A stretch of 64,000 nucleotides of DNA from a bacterium. GTDB taxonomy: Bacteria; Patescibacteriota; Minisyncoccia; Phycocordibacterales; GWA1-40-21. Of this stretch, positions 41,500 through 50,577 are shown piece by piece. Location of the stretch: assembly GCA_037131755.1 (NCBI GenBank), contig JBAXQJ010000002.1, positions 8,851 through 72,850 on the forward strand, given 5' to 3'. Each line of letters starts with the position of its first letter. The stretch's first letter is position 1. The notes beneath the pieces were generated by a model that did no database searches, was not told the DNA's origin, and was given only the letters and a program-made list of their open reading frames with translations. A program made the position numbers and the translations under genes.

Positions 41500-43053
41500 A
41501 TGTTAAAAGAAACCTCAATTAAAAAACCCCACTACGCTAAAGTTACGCGGGGCAGACAAGTAGCTTTGATAGTTCTTGATGGTTGGGGGTACAGAGAAGA
41601 GAAGGAGAATAATGCCATAGCGGAGGCTAAAACGCCATTTTTTGATGAGTTGTGGGAGAATTATCCACATTCATTACTAGAGGCGTCCGGCTTGGCTGTG
41701 GGGCTCCCAGAAGGTCAGATGGGCAATAGTGAGGTGGGGCATACTACCATAGGGGCGGGAAAGATAGTCTATACGGATTTGGTGCGAATTAGCTTGGCAG
41801 CGAAGAATGGGGAATTTGATACTAACGAAACTTTCCAGAAACTTTTTGCTCATGCTTTAAAAAATAATTCTACACTACATTTAATGGGACTCATTGGTCC
41901 TGGTGGTGTGCATGCGCATAGTGAGCATTTGTATGAAATACTAAAAGCGGCCAAAAGAGCAGGTTTGAAAAAAGTAGCGATTCACGCTTTTACGGATGGT
42001 AGGGATACGCCACCACAGAGCGCGGCGGGGTATTTGGCTGAGCTTGAAGAAAAAATAAATGAAATAGGTATTGGCTTTATCTCTACGATGACTGGGAGAT
42101 ATTTTGCTATGGACCGGGATAATAATTGGGATAGATTAAAAAAAGCGGAAGATGCAATTTTTAAAGGCGAGGGGATGCAAGCCGGAAATCAGAAAGCCTC
42201 TGACGTGGCTAAATTATTTTATACAAAAGAAAAGACGGATGAGCATTTTGAGCCGGTAGTTTTCTTAAATAAAGAAGGACAGAAGGAATTAATAGGTGAG
42301 AAAGATGCCGTTTTCTTTTGGAATTTCCGGGCTGACCGGGCGAGAATGCTTTCTGAAAAAATTACCAAGTGGACCATGGTTCACTTTGGATTGTTTGGAA
42401 CGATGACTAATTATAGTAAGGATCTGGATTGCTTGGTGGCTTTTGGGCCAACAAATATTGAGACTACTTTGGCCAAGGAGATTTCAGAGGCTGGGCTGAC
42501 CCAGGCGCATATTGCCGAGACGGAAAAATTTGCTCATGCTACATATTTTCTGAATGGTGGGGAAGAAAAGCCATATGAGAATGAAAAACATATTTTAGTG
42601 GAAAGTAGAAAAGATGTAGCTACTCATGATCTAGCACCAGAAATGAGAGCGCAAGAAATTGCCGATAAAGCGATAGAAGAAATAAATAAAAGCACGGATT
42701 TTATCTTTGTAAATTTTGCCAATGCCGATATGGTGGGGCATACGGCAAATAAAGAGGCGATTATTGCCGGCGTGGAAAAAGTGGATCAGGAATTGAGAAG
42801 GGTAATAGAGGCTTTGGAAGCAAAAGGTGGTGTTGCTTTCATCACCGCTGATCATGGTAATGCGGAAATAAATGTGGATGCGGAAACTGGTAAGAAACAT
42901 ACGGCGCATACTTTGAGTCCGGTACCAGCAATTCTCACTGATAAAAATAAAAAACTAAAGACTGGAACTTTGGCCGATATTGCGCCGACAGTCCTGGCTG
43001 AATTAGAAATAGAAAAACCGGAGACAATGGGTGGAGAAAGTTTATTTGATTGA
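41500..43053 (+). CDS. gpmI: 2,3-bisphosphoglycerate-independent phosphoglycerate mutase
   Basis: 517 aa iPGM with Mn-binding motifs (DGWG, SEVGHT, ADHGN). Confidence 0.9.
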   Translation: MLKETSIKKPHYAKVTRGRQVALIVLDGWGYREEKENNAIAEAKTPFFDELWENYPHSLLEASGLAVGLPEGQMGNSEVGHTTIGAGKIVYTDLVRISLAAKNGEFDTNETFQKLFAHALKNNSTLHLMGLIGPGGVHAHSEHLYEILKAAKRAGLKKVAIHAFTDGRDTPPQSAAGYLAELEEKINEIGIGFISTMTGRYFAMDRDNNWDRLKKAEDAIFKGEGMQAGNQKASDVAKLFYTKEKTDEHFEPVVFLNKEGQKELIGEKDAVFFWNFRADRARMLSEKITKWTMVHFGLFGTMTNYSKDLDCLVAFGPTNIETTLAKEISEAGLTQAHIAETEKFAHATYFLNGGEEKPYENEKHILVESRKDVATHDLAPEMRAQEIADKAIEEINKSTDFIFVNFANADMVGHTANKEAIIAGVEKVDQELRRVIEALEAKGGVAFITADHGNAEINVDAETGKKHTAHTLSPVPAILTDKNKKLKTGTLADIAPTVLAELEIEKPETMGGESLFD

Positions 43054-43142
43054 TGGTGCTGGACTGCTCGTGGCCTAAGTTTAACGTTTGTCCTCTTTCA
43101 TGCTATCATTTTACCGTATTATTAAATTAAGAATTCAAAGCC

Positions 43143-43589
43143 ATGATTAAAGCCATTGTAGACTTTTTCGATAAACTTGAGGATCGAGTCAGAATAAGAC
43201 TTAGCCGGTACCCAATATTTTTCGCTTTTTTGGCCGGTTTTGCTATCGTGGAGTTTTGGCGCGGGGTCTGGCATATGACTGACAATTTCACTGCTTACTT
43301 GGGTCTTGACCCGCTCGGTTGGGAATCCAGTCTGGCATCAATCGTGGTCTCTAGCGTTATTTTGCTTATGACCGGAATCTACGTGGCTCTGTTTTTGACC
43401 GGTGACGGAATTATCATGGAGGGTAAGAAAGGCCAAACCAAGAAAATGTTTGAACGGACTGAAGAGGAAATAAAACAGGAAAAGAAGGAGCTTTTGCGGG
43501 AGGGATTAAAAATTCAGAAACTTGAGGAGAAGATAGATTTACTGACTGAGGAAATAACCCAACTAAAAGATGTTTTGGCAAAGAAATAA
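43143..43589 (+). CDS. Hypothetical membrane protein with a C-terminal coiled coil (148 aa)
   Basis: Two TM helices followed by a charged helical tail. Confidence 0.45.
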   Translation: MIKAIVDFFDKLEDRVRIRLSRYPIFFAFLAGFAIVEFWRGVWHMTDNFTAYLGLDPLGWESSLASIVVSSVILLMTGIYVALFLTGDGIIMEGKKGQTKKMFERTEEEIKQEKKELLREGLKIQKLEEKIDLLTEEITQLKDVLAKK

Positions 43590-44478
43590 AAAGAAGACAG
43601 TGGCCGTTCATGACGGTCACTTTCATACTGATGACGTTTTTGCTGTGGCGATTTTGTCCTTGGCTTTAAAGGGTAATATTAAAGTAACCAGGACTAGAGA
43701 TATCGAGGTAATCAGGAAAAGCGATTATGCGCTCGATGTTGGACGCGAGTATGATCCAAGTAGAAATCGTTTTGATCATCATCAGCCAGGAGTACCGGTA
43801 AGAAGCAATGGCGTACCCTACGCGGCCTGCGGTCTGGTCTGGAAACATTTTGGCGATAAGATTGCCGGCTCTTCTGACGCAGCCAAAATAATCGATGAAA
43901 AAATAATTCAAGTCGTCGATGCCCAGGATAGCGCTATCAATACTCACAATCGAATTATTGACGGATTGGAACCTTATTTGTTCATCGATTATATTTTTGG
44001 TTTAAATCCAACTTGGAAAGAAAAAAACGTTACACCCTACGAAAGGTTTTTGGTGGCCGTCGAAAAGGTCAAGGCAATGCTTGTTCATGAAATAAAACGG
44101 GCGAAAGATTATTTGGAGGGAGTGGAGATCGTCAACAAAATTTATCGAGAAACTACTGATAAACGGATTATTGTTTTAGATGATCAGTATTCGTGGAAGA
44201 AAGTGTTGGCCGAATATCCGGAGCCTTTGTTTGTAGTCAGACCAGTTTTCGATAGCGGCGTCTGGTATGCATCGGCGGTCCAAATCAAAGACCAAAAGTT
44301 TGTAAATCGGGCTAATTTTCCAGCCGCTTGGGGTGGTAAAGACGGCGAAGAAATAAAAAAAATTACCGGGGTTCCCGATGCTGTTTTCTGTCACGCCGGC
44401 CTTTTTATGTGTTCAGCCAAGACAAAAGAAGGGGCAATCGCTCTCGCCAAACTGGCGCTTGAAGACAAGAGCTTGTAA
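43570..44478 (+). CDS. MYG1/UPF0160 family metal-dependent hydrolase
   Basis: VHDGHFHTDDVFAVAIL and DVGREYDPSRNRFDHHQ are the MYG1 signatures. Confidence 0.7.
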   Translation: MFWQRNKKKTVAVHDGHFHTDDVFAVAILSLALKGNIKVTRTRDIEVIRKSDYALDVGREYDPSRNRFDHHQPGVPVRSNGVPYAACGLVWKHFGDKIAGSSDAAKIIDEKIIQVVDAQDSAINTHNRIIDGLEPYLFIDYIFGLNPTWKEKNVTPYERFLVAVEKVKAMLVHEIKRAKDYLEGVEIVNKIYRETTDKRIIVLDDQYSWKKVLAEYPEPLFVVRPVFDSGVWYASAVQIKDQKFVNRANFPAAWGGKDGEEIKKITGVPDAVFCHAGLFMCSAKTKEGAIALAKLALEDKSL

Positions 44479-44521
44479 TAAAACCCAATCTACGATATAC
44501 AGTATACTATTCTACAAACAT

Positions 44522-45496
44522 ATGGCATTCATTGATGAATTAAAAATACATGTAAAGGCAGGCAATGGCGGCAATGGCGTGGTGCGCTGGTTGCATATTC
44601 GAGGCAAGGAAATGGCTGGTCCGTCCGGCGGCAATGGCGGCAATGGCGGTGACGTCTACGCGAGAGCGGTTCGCGATATCGGCATATTGGCCAATTATAA
44701 GAACCGAAAAGAATTTGTTGGTGAACGCGGTGGTGATGGCGCCAAGGATAGCATGCATGGCAAAAACGGTGAGATTCTTTATATTGATCTGCCAATTGGT
44801 TCGATCGTCACAAACTTGCAGACCGAAGGAAAAATCTATTTGGAAAAAGAAGGCGAGACGAAACTCCTGGCTAAGGGGGCGCGCGGCGGGCTCGGTAACG
44901 AATTTTTCAAATCATCAACCAATCAGGCACCAAAAGAATATACGACCGGAAAGGCTGGAGAAGAATTTGATTTTTATGTTGAGGTAGAGATGGTCGCTGA
45001 TGCGGGACTCATTGGTCTGCCCAATGCCGGCAAATCGAGCCTGATAAACGAACTGACCAATGCCAAATCAAAAGTGGGGGCTTATCAATTTACCACTTTG
45101 GAACCGGCACTTGGCGACATGTACGGGTATATTTTGGCGGATCTGCCAGGTCTGATCGAGGGGGCATCCGAAGGCCGAGGCCTTGGGCACAAATTCTTGC
45201 GACATATCAAGCGGACTAAAATCTTATTCCACTGCATTTCTTTGGAGAGCGAGGATCTGGTCAGGGATTACAAAACCATTCGCCAGGAACTGAAAGACTA
45301 TAGTGAAGAGTTGGCAGAAAAAGAAGAAGTGGTTATTTTAACCAAGACGGATATGGTGGCTGAAAAAGTCTTAATCGCGGCTAAAAAGAAAATTTCCAAA
45401 CTGAATAAAAATATTTTGACCGTCACTATTTTAGAAGATGAGTCAATAAAAAATCTGAAAGACGAGCTGATAAAAATACTCAGAAAATTGGGGTAG
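44522..45496 (+). CDS. obg: GTPase Obg
   Basis: Obg-fold Gly-rich N-domain (GNGGNGG), G1 GLPNAGKSS, G3 DLPG. The start was chosen at MAFIDELKIHVKAGNGG. The listed ORF extends upstream to 44378. Confidence 0.85.
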   Translation: MAFIDELKIHVKAGNGGNGVVRWLHIRGKEMAGPSGGNGGNGGDVYARAVRDIGILANYKNRKEFVGERGGDGAKDSMHGKNGEILYIDLPIGSIVTNLQTEGKIYLEKEGETKLLAKGARGGLGNEFFKSSTNQAPKEYTTGKAGEEFDFYVEVEMVADAGLIGLPNAGKSSLINELTNAKSKVGAYQFTTLEPALGDMYGYILADLPGLIEGASEGRGLGHKFLRHIKRTKILFHCISLESEDLVRDYKTIRQELKDYSEELAEKEEVVILTKTDMVAEKVLIAAKKKISKLNKNILTVTILEDESIKNLKDELIKILRKLG

Positions 45497-45579
45497 GACT
45501 GTGATCCTTCTTGCATCTTTCAAGCTTTGTGCTAATTTTAAATCAGGTCTTTGAGTCTAAATGTTGGAGGAGGTGAAAT

Positions 45580-45843
45580 ATGAGTAAATTAGTCAGTGAT
45601 GTAAAGAATCTTTTGGCTCGTGGTCACAATCGGGTCTGTCTCATGGCACGGTCATTTGTGGATGACGGGCAAGTCATCGCCTTGAGTCCGCCGGAGATGT
45701 GCCTGGTGACTGGTGTCGATGGCGACGCTTTTGTTGGCCGGCTGGTTGTAAAAAACAAGACAGCCAAGATCCCGGTTACGGATTGTTATCTTCCCAGCGT
45801 CACGGAAGCCTCAATTTTGGATCGGCCGGGTCTGCTGATCTAA
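45580..45843 (+). CDS. Hypothetical small protein (87 aa), GC-rich
   Basis: Strong ggaggaggt 7 nt upstream and a terminator after. Confidence 0.5.
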   Translation: MSKLVSDVKNLLARGHNRVCLMARSFVDDGQVIALSPPEMCLVTGVDGDAFVGRLVVKNKTAKIPVTDCYLPSVTEASILDRPGLLI

Positions 45844-45857
45844 TGTCTTCTTTTGTC

Positions 45858-45888
45858 GGCCGCGAGAATACTCGCGGCCTGTTTTTTA
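45858..45888 (+). terminator. Rho-independent terminator
   Basis: ggccgcgagaatactcgcggcc followed by tgtttttt. Confidence 0.7.
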
Positions 45889-45914
45889 TATAAAATTATG
45901 CTATTATCTCTCGT

Positions 45915-47342
45915 ATGTTGAATGCAAAATACAAAGCCACAATCGGTTTGGAAATTCATGCCGAGCTTAAGACTAAAAGTAAGATGTTTTGCGGCTGCAA
46001 AAATGATCCAGAAGAAAGCGAACCAAATAAAAATATTTGTCCGATCTGTACAGGGCACCCGGGGACTTTGCCGGTCATTAACAAGCAGGCGGTCAAGAAC
46101 GTTTTAAAGGTGGGAGTAGCGATTGGCGCGGATCTGGCCGATTTTACCGAATGGGACCGAAAGAATTATTTTTATCCCGACATCCCCAAAGGCTATCAGA
46201 TCAGTCAGTATAAATACCCGCTAGTCTCCGGTGGTCTTTTGCATGGGGTAAAAATAACCAGAATTCACCTGGAGGAAGACACAGCAAGCTCGTCACATGA
46301 GGGCGGGGATTATTCTCTGGTGGATTTTAATCGGGCCGGCGTGCCGCTCATGGAACTCGTGACTGAACCGGTTATTCACTCAGGAAAAGAGGCGGCTGAT
46401 TTCGCGAGAGAGCTTCAGTTACTCTTGCAGTACTTGGGTGCCGGTGAGGCAAATATGGAAAAGGGTGAGATGAGAATCGAAGCAAATATCTCGGTGAGTC
46501 AGACGGATACCCTAGGTACAAAAGTGGAAGTGAAAAATATCAATTCATTCAAAGCGGTAGAAAAAGCGGTGGCTTATGAAATTGAAAGGCATATCGGGGT
46601 CTTGGAAAGCGGTGGAAGCATCGTCCAGGAGACTCGCGGTTGGAATGAAGACAGGCAAGCGACATTTACACAGCGGTTGAAAGAAAATTCTCACGACTAC
46701 CGATATTTTCCCGATCCGGATTTGCCAAAATTCAAGATCTCAGAGATGCCGGAATTTGATCGGGAGGTTTTGAGAAAAGAATTTCCAGAATTGCCTTGGG
46801 AAAAGCGTGATCGCTATGAAAAAGATTATGGCATCAAGGCGGGAGATGTTGAAATATACATCAAACCGGGCTTGATCAGCAGTTTCTTTGAAAAAGTTTG
46901 CGCTGATTTTGCTGGCGACAAGAACCTGATCAAATTGGCTTCAAACTATATTACTTCGGACTTGTTGGGCTTGATGAAAAATGCAGACGTTGAAAGTCTG
47001 GGTTTGGTGAGCGATAAAAACTTTTCTGATCTGATAAAAATGGTCGCAGAAAGCAAGATTTCTTCACGTGGTGCCAAGGACATTCTGAAAATGATGTTTG
47101 AAAAGGGCGGCCAGCCGATGGAGATTGCCGAAACCGAAAACCTTCTGCAAAAAAGCGATCTCGGCGAGCTTCAGGCGATTGCTGAAAAAATCATTATCGA
47201 TAGTCCCAAGATCGTCGCCGACTATAAGGCTGGCAAGGAAGTGGCGCTCCAGTCCTTGGTGGGACAGGGGATGAAGGCCACCAAAGGCTCGGCCAATCCG
47301 CAGGTCTTGAAGGAAGTCTTTTTGAGTCTGCTTAATAAATAG
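45915..47342 (+). CDS. gatB: Asp-tRNA(Asn)/Glu-tRNA(Gln) amidotransferase subunit B
   Basis: KATIGLEIHAEL, CxxC zinc site, GatB/YqeY C-terminal domain. Confidence 0.9.
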   Translation: MLNAKYKATIGLEIHAELKTKSKMFCGCKNDPEESEPNKNICPICTGHPGTLPVINKQAVKNVLKVGVAIGADLADFTEWDRKNYFYPDIPKGYQISQYKYPLVSGGLLHGVKITRIHLEEDTASSSHEGGDYSLVDFNRAGVPLMELVTEPVIHSGKEAADFARELQLLLQYLGAGEANMEKGEMRIEANISVSQTDTLGTKVEVKNINSFKAVEKAVAYEIERHIGVLESGGSIVQETRGWNEDRQATFTQRLKENSHDYRYFPDPDLPKFKISEMPEFDREVLRKEFPELPWEKRDRYEKDYGIKAGDVEIYIKPGLISSFFEKVCADFAGDKNLIKLASNYITSDLLGLMKNADVESLGLVSDKNFSDLIKMVAESKISSRGAKDILKMMFEKGGQPMEIAETENLLQKSDLGELQAIAEKIIIDSPKIVADYKAGKEVALQSLVGQGMKATKGSANPQVLKEVFLSLLNK

Positions 47343-47360
47343 GCTATAATAGTATCCAGG

Positions 47361-47906
47361 ATGTTTAAAACAAAGGAGACAATCAAGGTCAAGATAAATG
47401 CTCCCAAGAAGAGTCTTGGCAAGATTTTTGTCGGTACCGACCATGCCGGCTTTGAGATGAAAGAAAAATTGGTTCCCTTCATAAAAAAACTCGGTTACGA
47501 GGTGACCGATTGCGGCGCTTTCAAGTATGATGAGTTTGATGACTATCCGGATTTTATTGCCCCGGTAGCTAAGGCCGTGTCCGATCAGCCAGAAAAAATA
47601 AAAGGTATTATTTTGGGCGGGTCAGGCCAAGGCGAAGCGATAGTCGCCAATAGGTTTCCCAATGTTCGAGCGGTAGTCTTGTATGCCAATCCGATTTACA
47701 AGGTTTCAGATATCGTCAAATTGAGCCGGGAACATAATGACGCCAATATCCTGTCTTTAGGAGCGCGATTTTTGGCCTTGAGCGATGCGAAAGAAGCGAT
47801 TAGGGAATGGTTGGGCACCCAATTTTCTAATGAGTACAAACATATTCGCCGTTTGAAAAAGTTAGACAGAATTTCCCGTGAGATAAGACTCAAGTCCCAT
47901 TTTTAA
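47361..47906 (+). CDS. rpiB: Ribose-5-phosphate isomerase B (RpiB/LacAB family)
   Basis: GTDHAGFEMK...ILGGSGQGEAIVANR. Confidence 0.75.
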   Translation: MFKTKETIKVKINAPKKSLGKIFVGTDHAGFEMKEKLVPFIKKLGYEVTDCGAFKYDEFDDYPDFIAPVAKAVSDQPEKIKGIILGGSGQGEAIVANRFPNVRAVVLYANPIYKVSDIVKLSREHNDANILSLGARFLALSDAKEAIREWLGTQFSNEYKHIRRLKKLDRISREIRLKSHF

Positions 47907-47924
47907 ATTTTTTAATCCCCCTCT

Positions 47925-47953
47925 GTCATCCTCGTGAAAACGGGGATCCAGAA
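47925..47953. repeat. Family-4 hairpin element, copy 1
   Basis: gtcatcctcgtgaaaacggggatccagaa. Its inverted relative is at 54158..54186. Confidence 0.45.
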
Positions 47954-47963
47954 AAATTAAAAC

Positions 47964-47993
47964 TAGATTCCCGCCTGCGCGGGAATGACAACA
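47964..47993. repeat. Family-3 palindromic element, copy 2
   Basis: ctagattcccgcctgcgcgggaatgacaac. The listed ATG of the rpe-like ORF (47985) lies inside it. Confidence 0.55.
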
Positions 47994-48746
47994 TTAAAGA
48001 AATTAACAATTATAATCATGACCGAAATCATCCCCGCCATCTTGCCGGAAAATATCGAAGAATTGCGTTCGCAGATGTCTCGCGTGTCAGGGCTCGTCCC
48101 TCTGGTGCAGGTGGATGTCTGTGACGGCAAATTCGTGCCGCACAAAAGCTGGCCTTACGTGAAAGGTGGAATGGAAGAGCTCAATAACATCGTGGCAGAA
48201 AACGAAGGTTTTCCATTCTGGGATTCCTTGGAATTTGAAGCCGACCTAATGGTCCGCCATCCGGAAGAAATCGTTTTTGATTGGATCAAGGCGGGAGCGA
48301 GAAGGATCGTCTTGCATTTGGGTTCAGGCCCACGCCTCTTGGAATTGGTTGAGAAAATTCGCGACGAACATGGTACGGCTCGGGATTCGGAATATGGTAT
48401 AGAGATCGGTGTGGCTGTCCATATGGATAATGACAACGCAGAAGTTTATCCTTTCCTAGACTTGGTCGACGAAGGTGGTTACCCGATCATCGACTTTGTC
48501 CAGTTTATGGGAATTGATAATGTCGGTTTCCAGCACCAGGAATTTGACGACCGAGTTCTGGAAAAAATCAGCGACCTGCGGGGAATGTATCCCGACATCG
48601 AGATCAGTGTCGATGGTGGAGTGGGTTTTGATAATGCTTCAGACTTGATTAGCGCTGGCGCCACCCGTCTGATTTCCGGTTCGACTATTTTTGATAGCGA
48701 GGATGTGGCCGAGGCAATACATGATTTACGTAATTCTGGTGAGTAA
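47985..48746 (+). CDS. rpe: Ribulose-phosphate 3-epimerase-like TIM-barrel protein
   Basis: IIPAILP, VDVCDGKFVP and ISVDGGV resemble RPE motifs. The true start may be M11 (48015). Divergent. Confidence 0.6.
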   Translation: MTTLKKLTIIIMTEIIPAILPENIEELRSQMSRVSGLVPLVQVDVCDGKFVPHKSWPYVKGGMEELNNIVAENEGFPFWDSLEFEADLMVRHPEEIVFDWIKAGARRIVLHLGSGPRLLELVEKIRDEHGTARDSEYGIEIGVAVHMDNDNAEVYPFLDLVDEGGYPIIDFVQFMGIDNVGFQHQEFDDRVLEKISDLRGMYPDIEISVDGGVGFDNASDLISAGATRLISGSTIFDSEDVAEAIHDLRNSGE

Positions 48747-48926
48747 AAAGCTCGGGTCATTGCTTTTTCTTAGCACGATATTAATTTTGCCGCCCGCCTT
48801 GCCAGCGAGGCAGGTCGCAAAATTAATTCTCTACTCCCTCGATTTTCTGCCTGCCTCGCCGACTCATCAAGGCGGGCTGAAAATCTCAGTCCGTAAGGCA
48901 CAAAAAAGCAATAACCTGAGCTTTTT
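48747..48926. repeat. Family-1-related composite palindromic element, copy D
   Basis: Outer imperfect inverted repeat gctcgggtcattgcttttt / aaaaaagcaataacctgagc. An inner attaattttgc / gcaaaattaat stem. It contains ttttctgcctgcctcgccgactcatcaaggcgggctgaaaat, shared with copy C. Confidence 0.5.
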
Positions 48927-48956
48927 ATTTTGTCATTTATCTGATAAAATAAATTA

Positions 48957-49826
48957 ATGAAAACATTAAAAGACTATATCTTGGACGCGGAGAAAAGGGG
49001 AATCGCGGTCGGTCATTTTAATATTTCCAATCTCGAAATATTAAGGGGTATCTTTGAAGCTGCCAAGAAAATGGATTTGCCGGTCATTATCGGCACGGCC
49101 GAGGGTGAGCGAAATTTTATTGGCACTAAGCAGGCGGTGGCTCTCATAAAAAGCCTGCGGGAAGAATACGATTATCCGATTTTCCTAAATGCCGACCACA
49201 CTTATTCTTTTGACAAGGTCAAAGAGGCGATCGATGCCGGCTATGACGCGGTGATTTTTGATGCTACCGATTTGTCGTTTGAAGAAAATATCAGAGTGAC
49301 CAAACAGTGTGTGGATTATGCTCGAAGTGTAAATCCAGACATTATCGTCGAAGCTGAACTTGGTTTTATTGGCAAGTCTTCGCAGGTCTTGGAAGTAATT
49401 CCAGAAGGGGTAAAGATCACCGAAGAATTTTTGACAAAACCTGAAGACGCCAAACGGTTTGTGGCTGAGACTGGCGTTCATATGCTGGCTCCAGCCGTCG
49501 GGAATATTCACGGTATGCTCAAGGGTGGAAAAGATCCAGCTTTGAATATTGAGAGAATAAAAGAAATTAAAGAAGCGATCGGAATCCCCATGGTTCTTCA
49601 CGGTGCTTCCGGTAATTCAGCCGAAGATATAAAAGCGGCGATCAAGGCCGGTATGTCGGTGGTGCATATAAATACCGAAATTCGCGTAGCTTACAAAAAT
49701 GCCCTTAAACTTGGCCTACAGGAAAATCCCGACGAAGTGGCACCATATAAATACATGAAAGGGACGATTTCAGCGGTGGAGAAGGTGGTGGAGGATAAAA
49801 TGAAGATTTTCAATAATCTGGGCTAG
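48957..49826 (+). CDS. fba: Fructose-bisphosphate aldolase class II
   Basis: AVGHFN, LNADHT, and His-rich zinc sites. Confidence 0.85.
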   Translation: MKTLKDYILDAEKRGIAVGHFNISNLEILRGIFEAAKKMDLPVIIGTAEGERNFIGTKQAVALIKSLREEYDYPIFLNADHTYSFDKVKEAIDAGYDAVIFDATDLSFEENIRVTKQCVDYARSVNPDIIVEAELGFIGKSSQVLEVIPEGVKITEEFLTKPEDAKRFVAETGVHMLAPAVGNIHGMLKGGKDPALNIERIKEIKEAIGIPMVLHGASGNSAEDIKAAIKAGMSVVHINTEIRVAYKNALKLGLQENPDEVAPYKYMKGTISAVEKVVEDKMKIFNNLG

Positions 49827-49869
49827 CCTCCCTTGCTTTTTAACGAAAAATATATATAATGCTCCTATT

Positions 49870-50526
49870 ATGTTAAAATTAAAGGTAGAAAAAAGAGATC
49901 TGACGGAAAACCTAGACGCTTTGCGAAAAGCCGGTACGGTTCCTGCCATCTTTTATGGTAAGAAGGAGGCCTCAACTCCAATCAAGGTTAAAATTGCCGA
50001 ATTCAGAAAAGCTTTCCGGGAAGCCGGCGAGTCGACAGTTGTCAGCCTGACCGGTGAGGGGATTGATGTTGATGTTTTGATTCATGATGTCGATTTCGAC
50101 CCAGTGACCGATTCTCCAATCCATGTCGACTTTTACGCTATCGAGAAAGGCAAGAAATTGACCGTCAAGGTCCCTCTTGAATTCGTCGGTGTCGCTCCAG
50201 CGGTCAAAGACCTCGGTGCGATTTTGGTCAAGGTGGCTCATGATTTGGAAATCGAAGCTTTGCCAAAAGACCTGCCACACGATTTGACTGTTGACATCAC
50301 AACTCTTGTGACTTTGAGCTCGGTCATTACTGCTAAAGAAATCAAGTTGCCAGAAGGCGTGACTCTCAAGGTTGATCCTGATGAAGTGGTTGCCTCGGTC
50401 TACGAGCCAAAGGAAGAAGTCGTCGAAGCCGCTCCTGTCGACCTCTCATCGATTGAGGTAGAAAAGAAGGGTAAGGAAGCCAAGGAAGGCGCTGAAGGCG
50501 AAGCCGTCGCAGAAGAGAAAAAATAA
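49870..50526 (+). CDS. rplY: 50S ribosomal protein L25 / general stress protein Ctc
   Basis: L25 beta-barrel N-domain plus Ctc C-domain and an acidic tail. Confidence 0.8.
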   Translation: MLKLKVEKRDLTENLDALRKAGTVPAIFYGKKEASTPIKVKIAEFRKAFREAGESTVVSLTGEGIDVDVLIHDVDFDPVTDSPIHVDFYAIEKGKKLTVKVPLEFVGVAPAVKDLGAILVKVAHDLEIEALPKDLPHDLTVDITTLVTLSSVITAKEIKLPEGVTLKVDPDEVVASVYEPKEEVVEAAPVDLSSIEVEKKGKEAKEGAEGEAVAEEKK

Positions 50527-50538
50527 TTTAAATGTGCT

Positions 50539-50577
50539 AAAATACCTTCGATGATCCATCGAAGGTATTTTAATTTT
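50539..50577 (+). terminator. Hairpin terminator after rplY
   Basis: aaaataccttcgatg atc catcgaaggtatttt. It overlaps the annotated ATG of the next ORF. Confidence 0.5.

Noticed and set aside
48691-48957. 88-aa ORF between rpe and fba
   Set aside because: It lies entirely within the palindromic repeat element D. Its GC-rich repeat sequence gives an open frame by chance.
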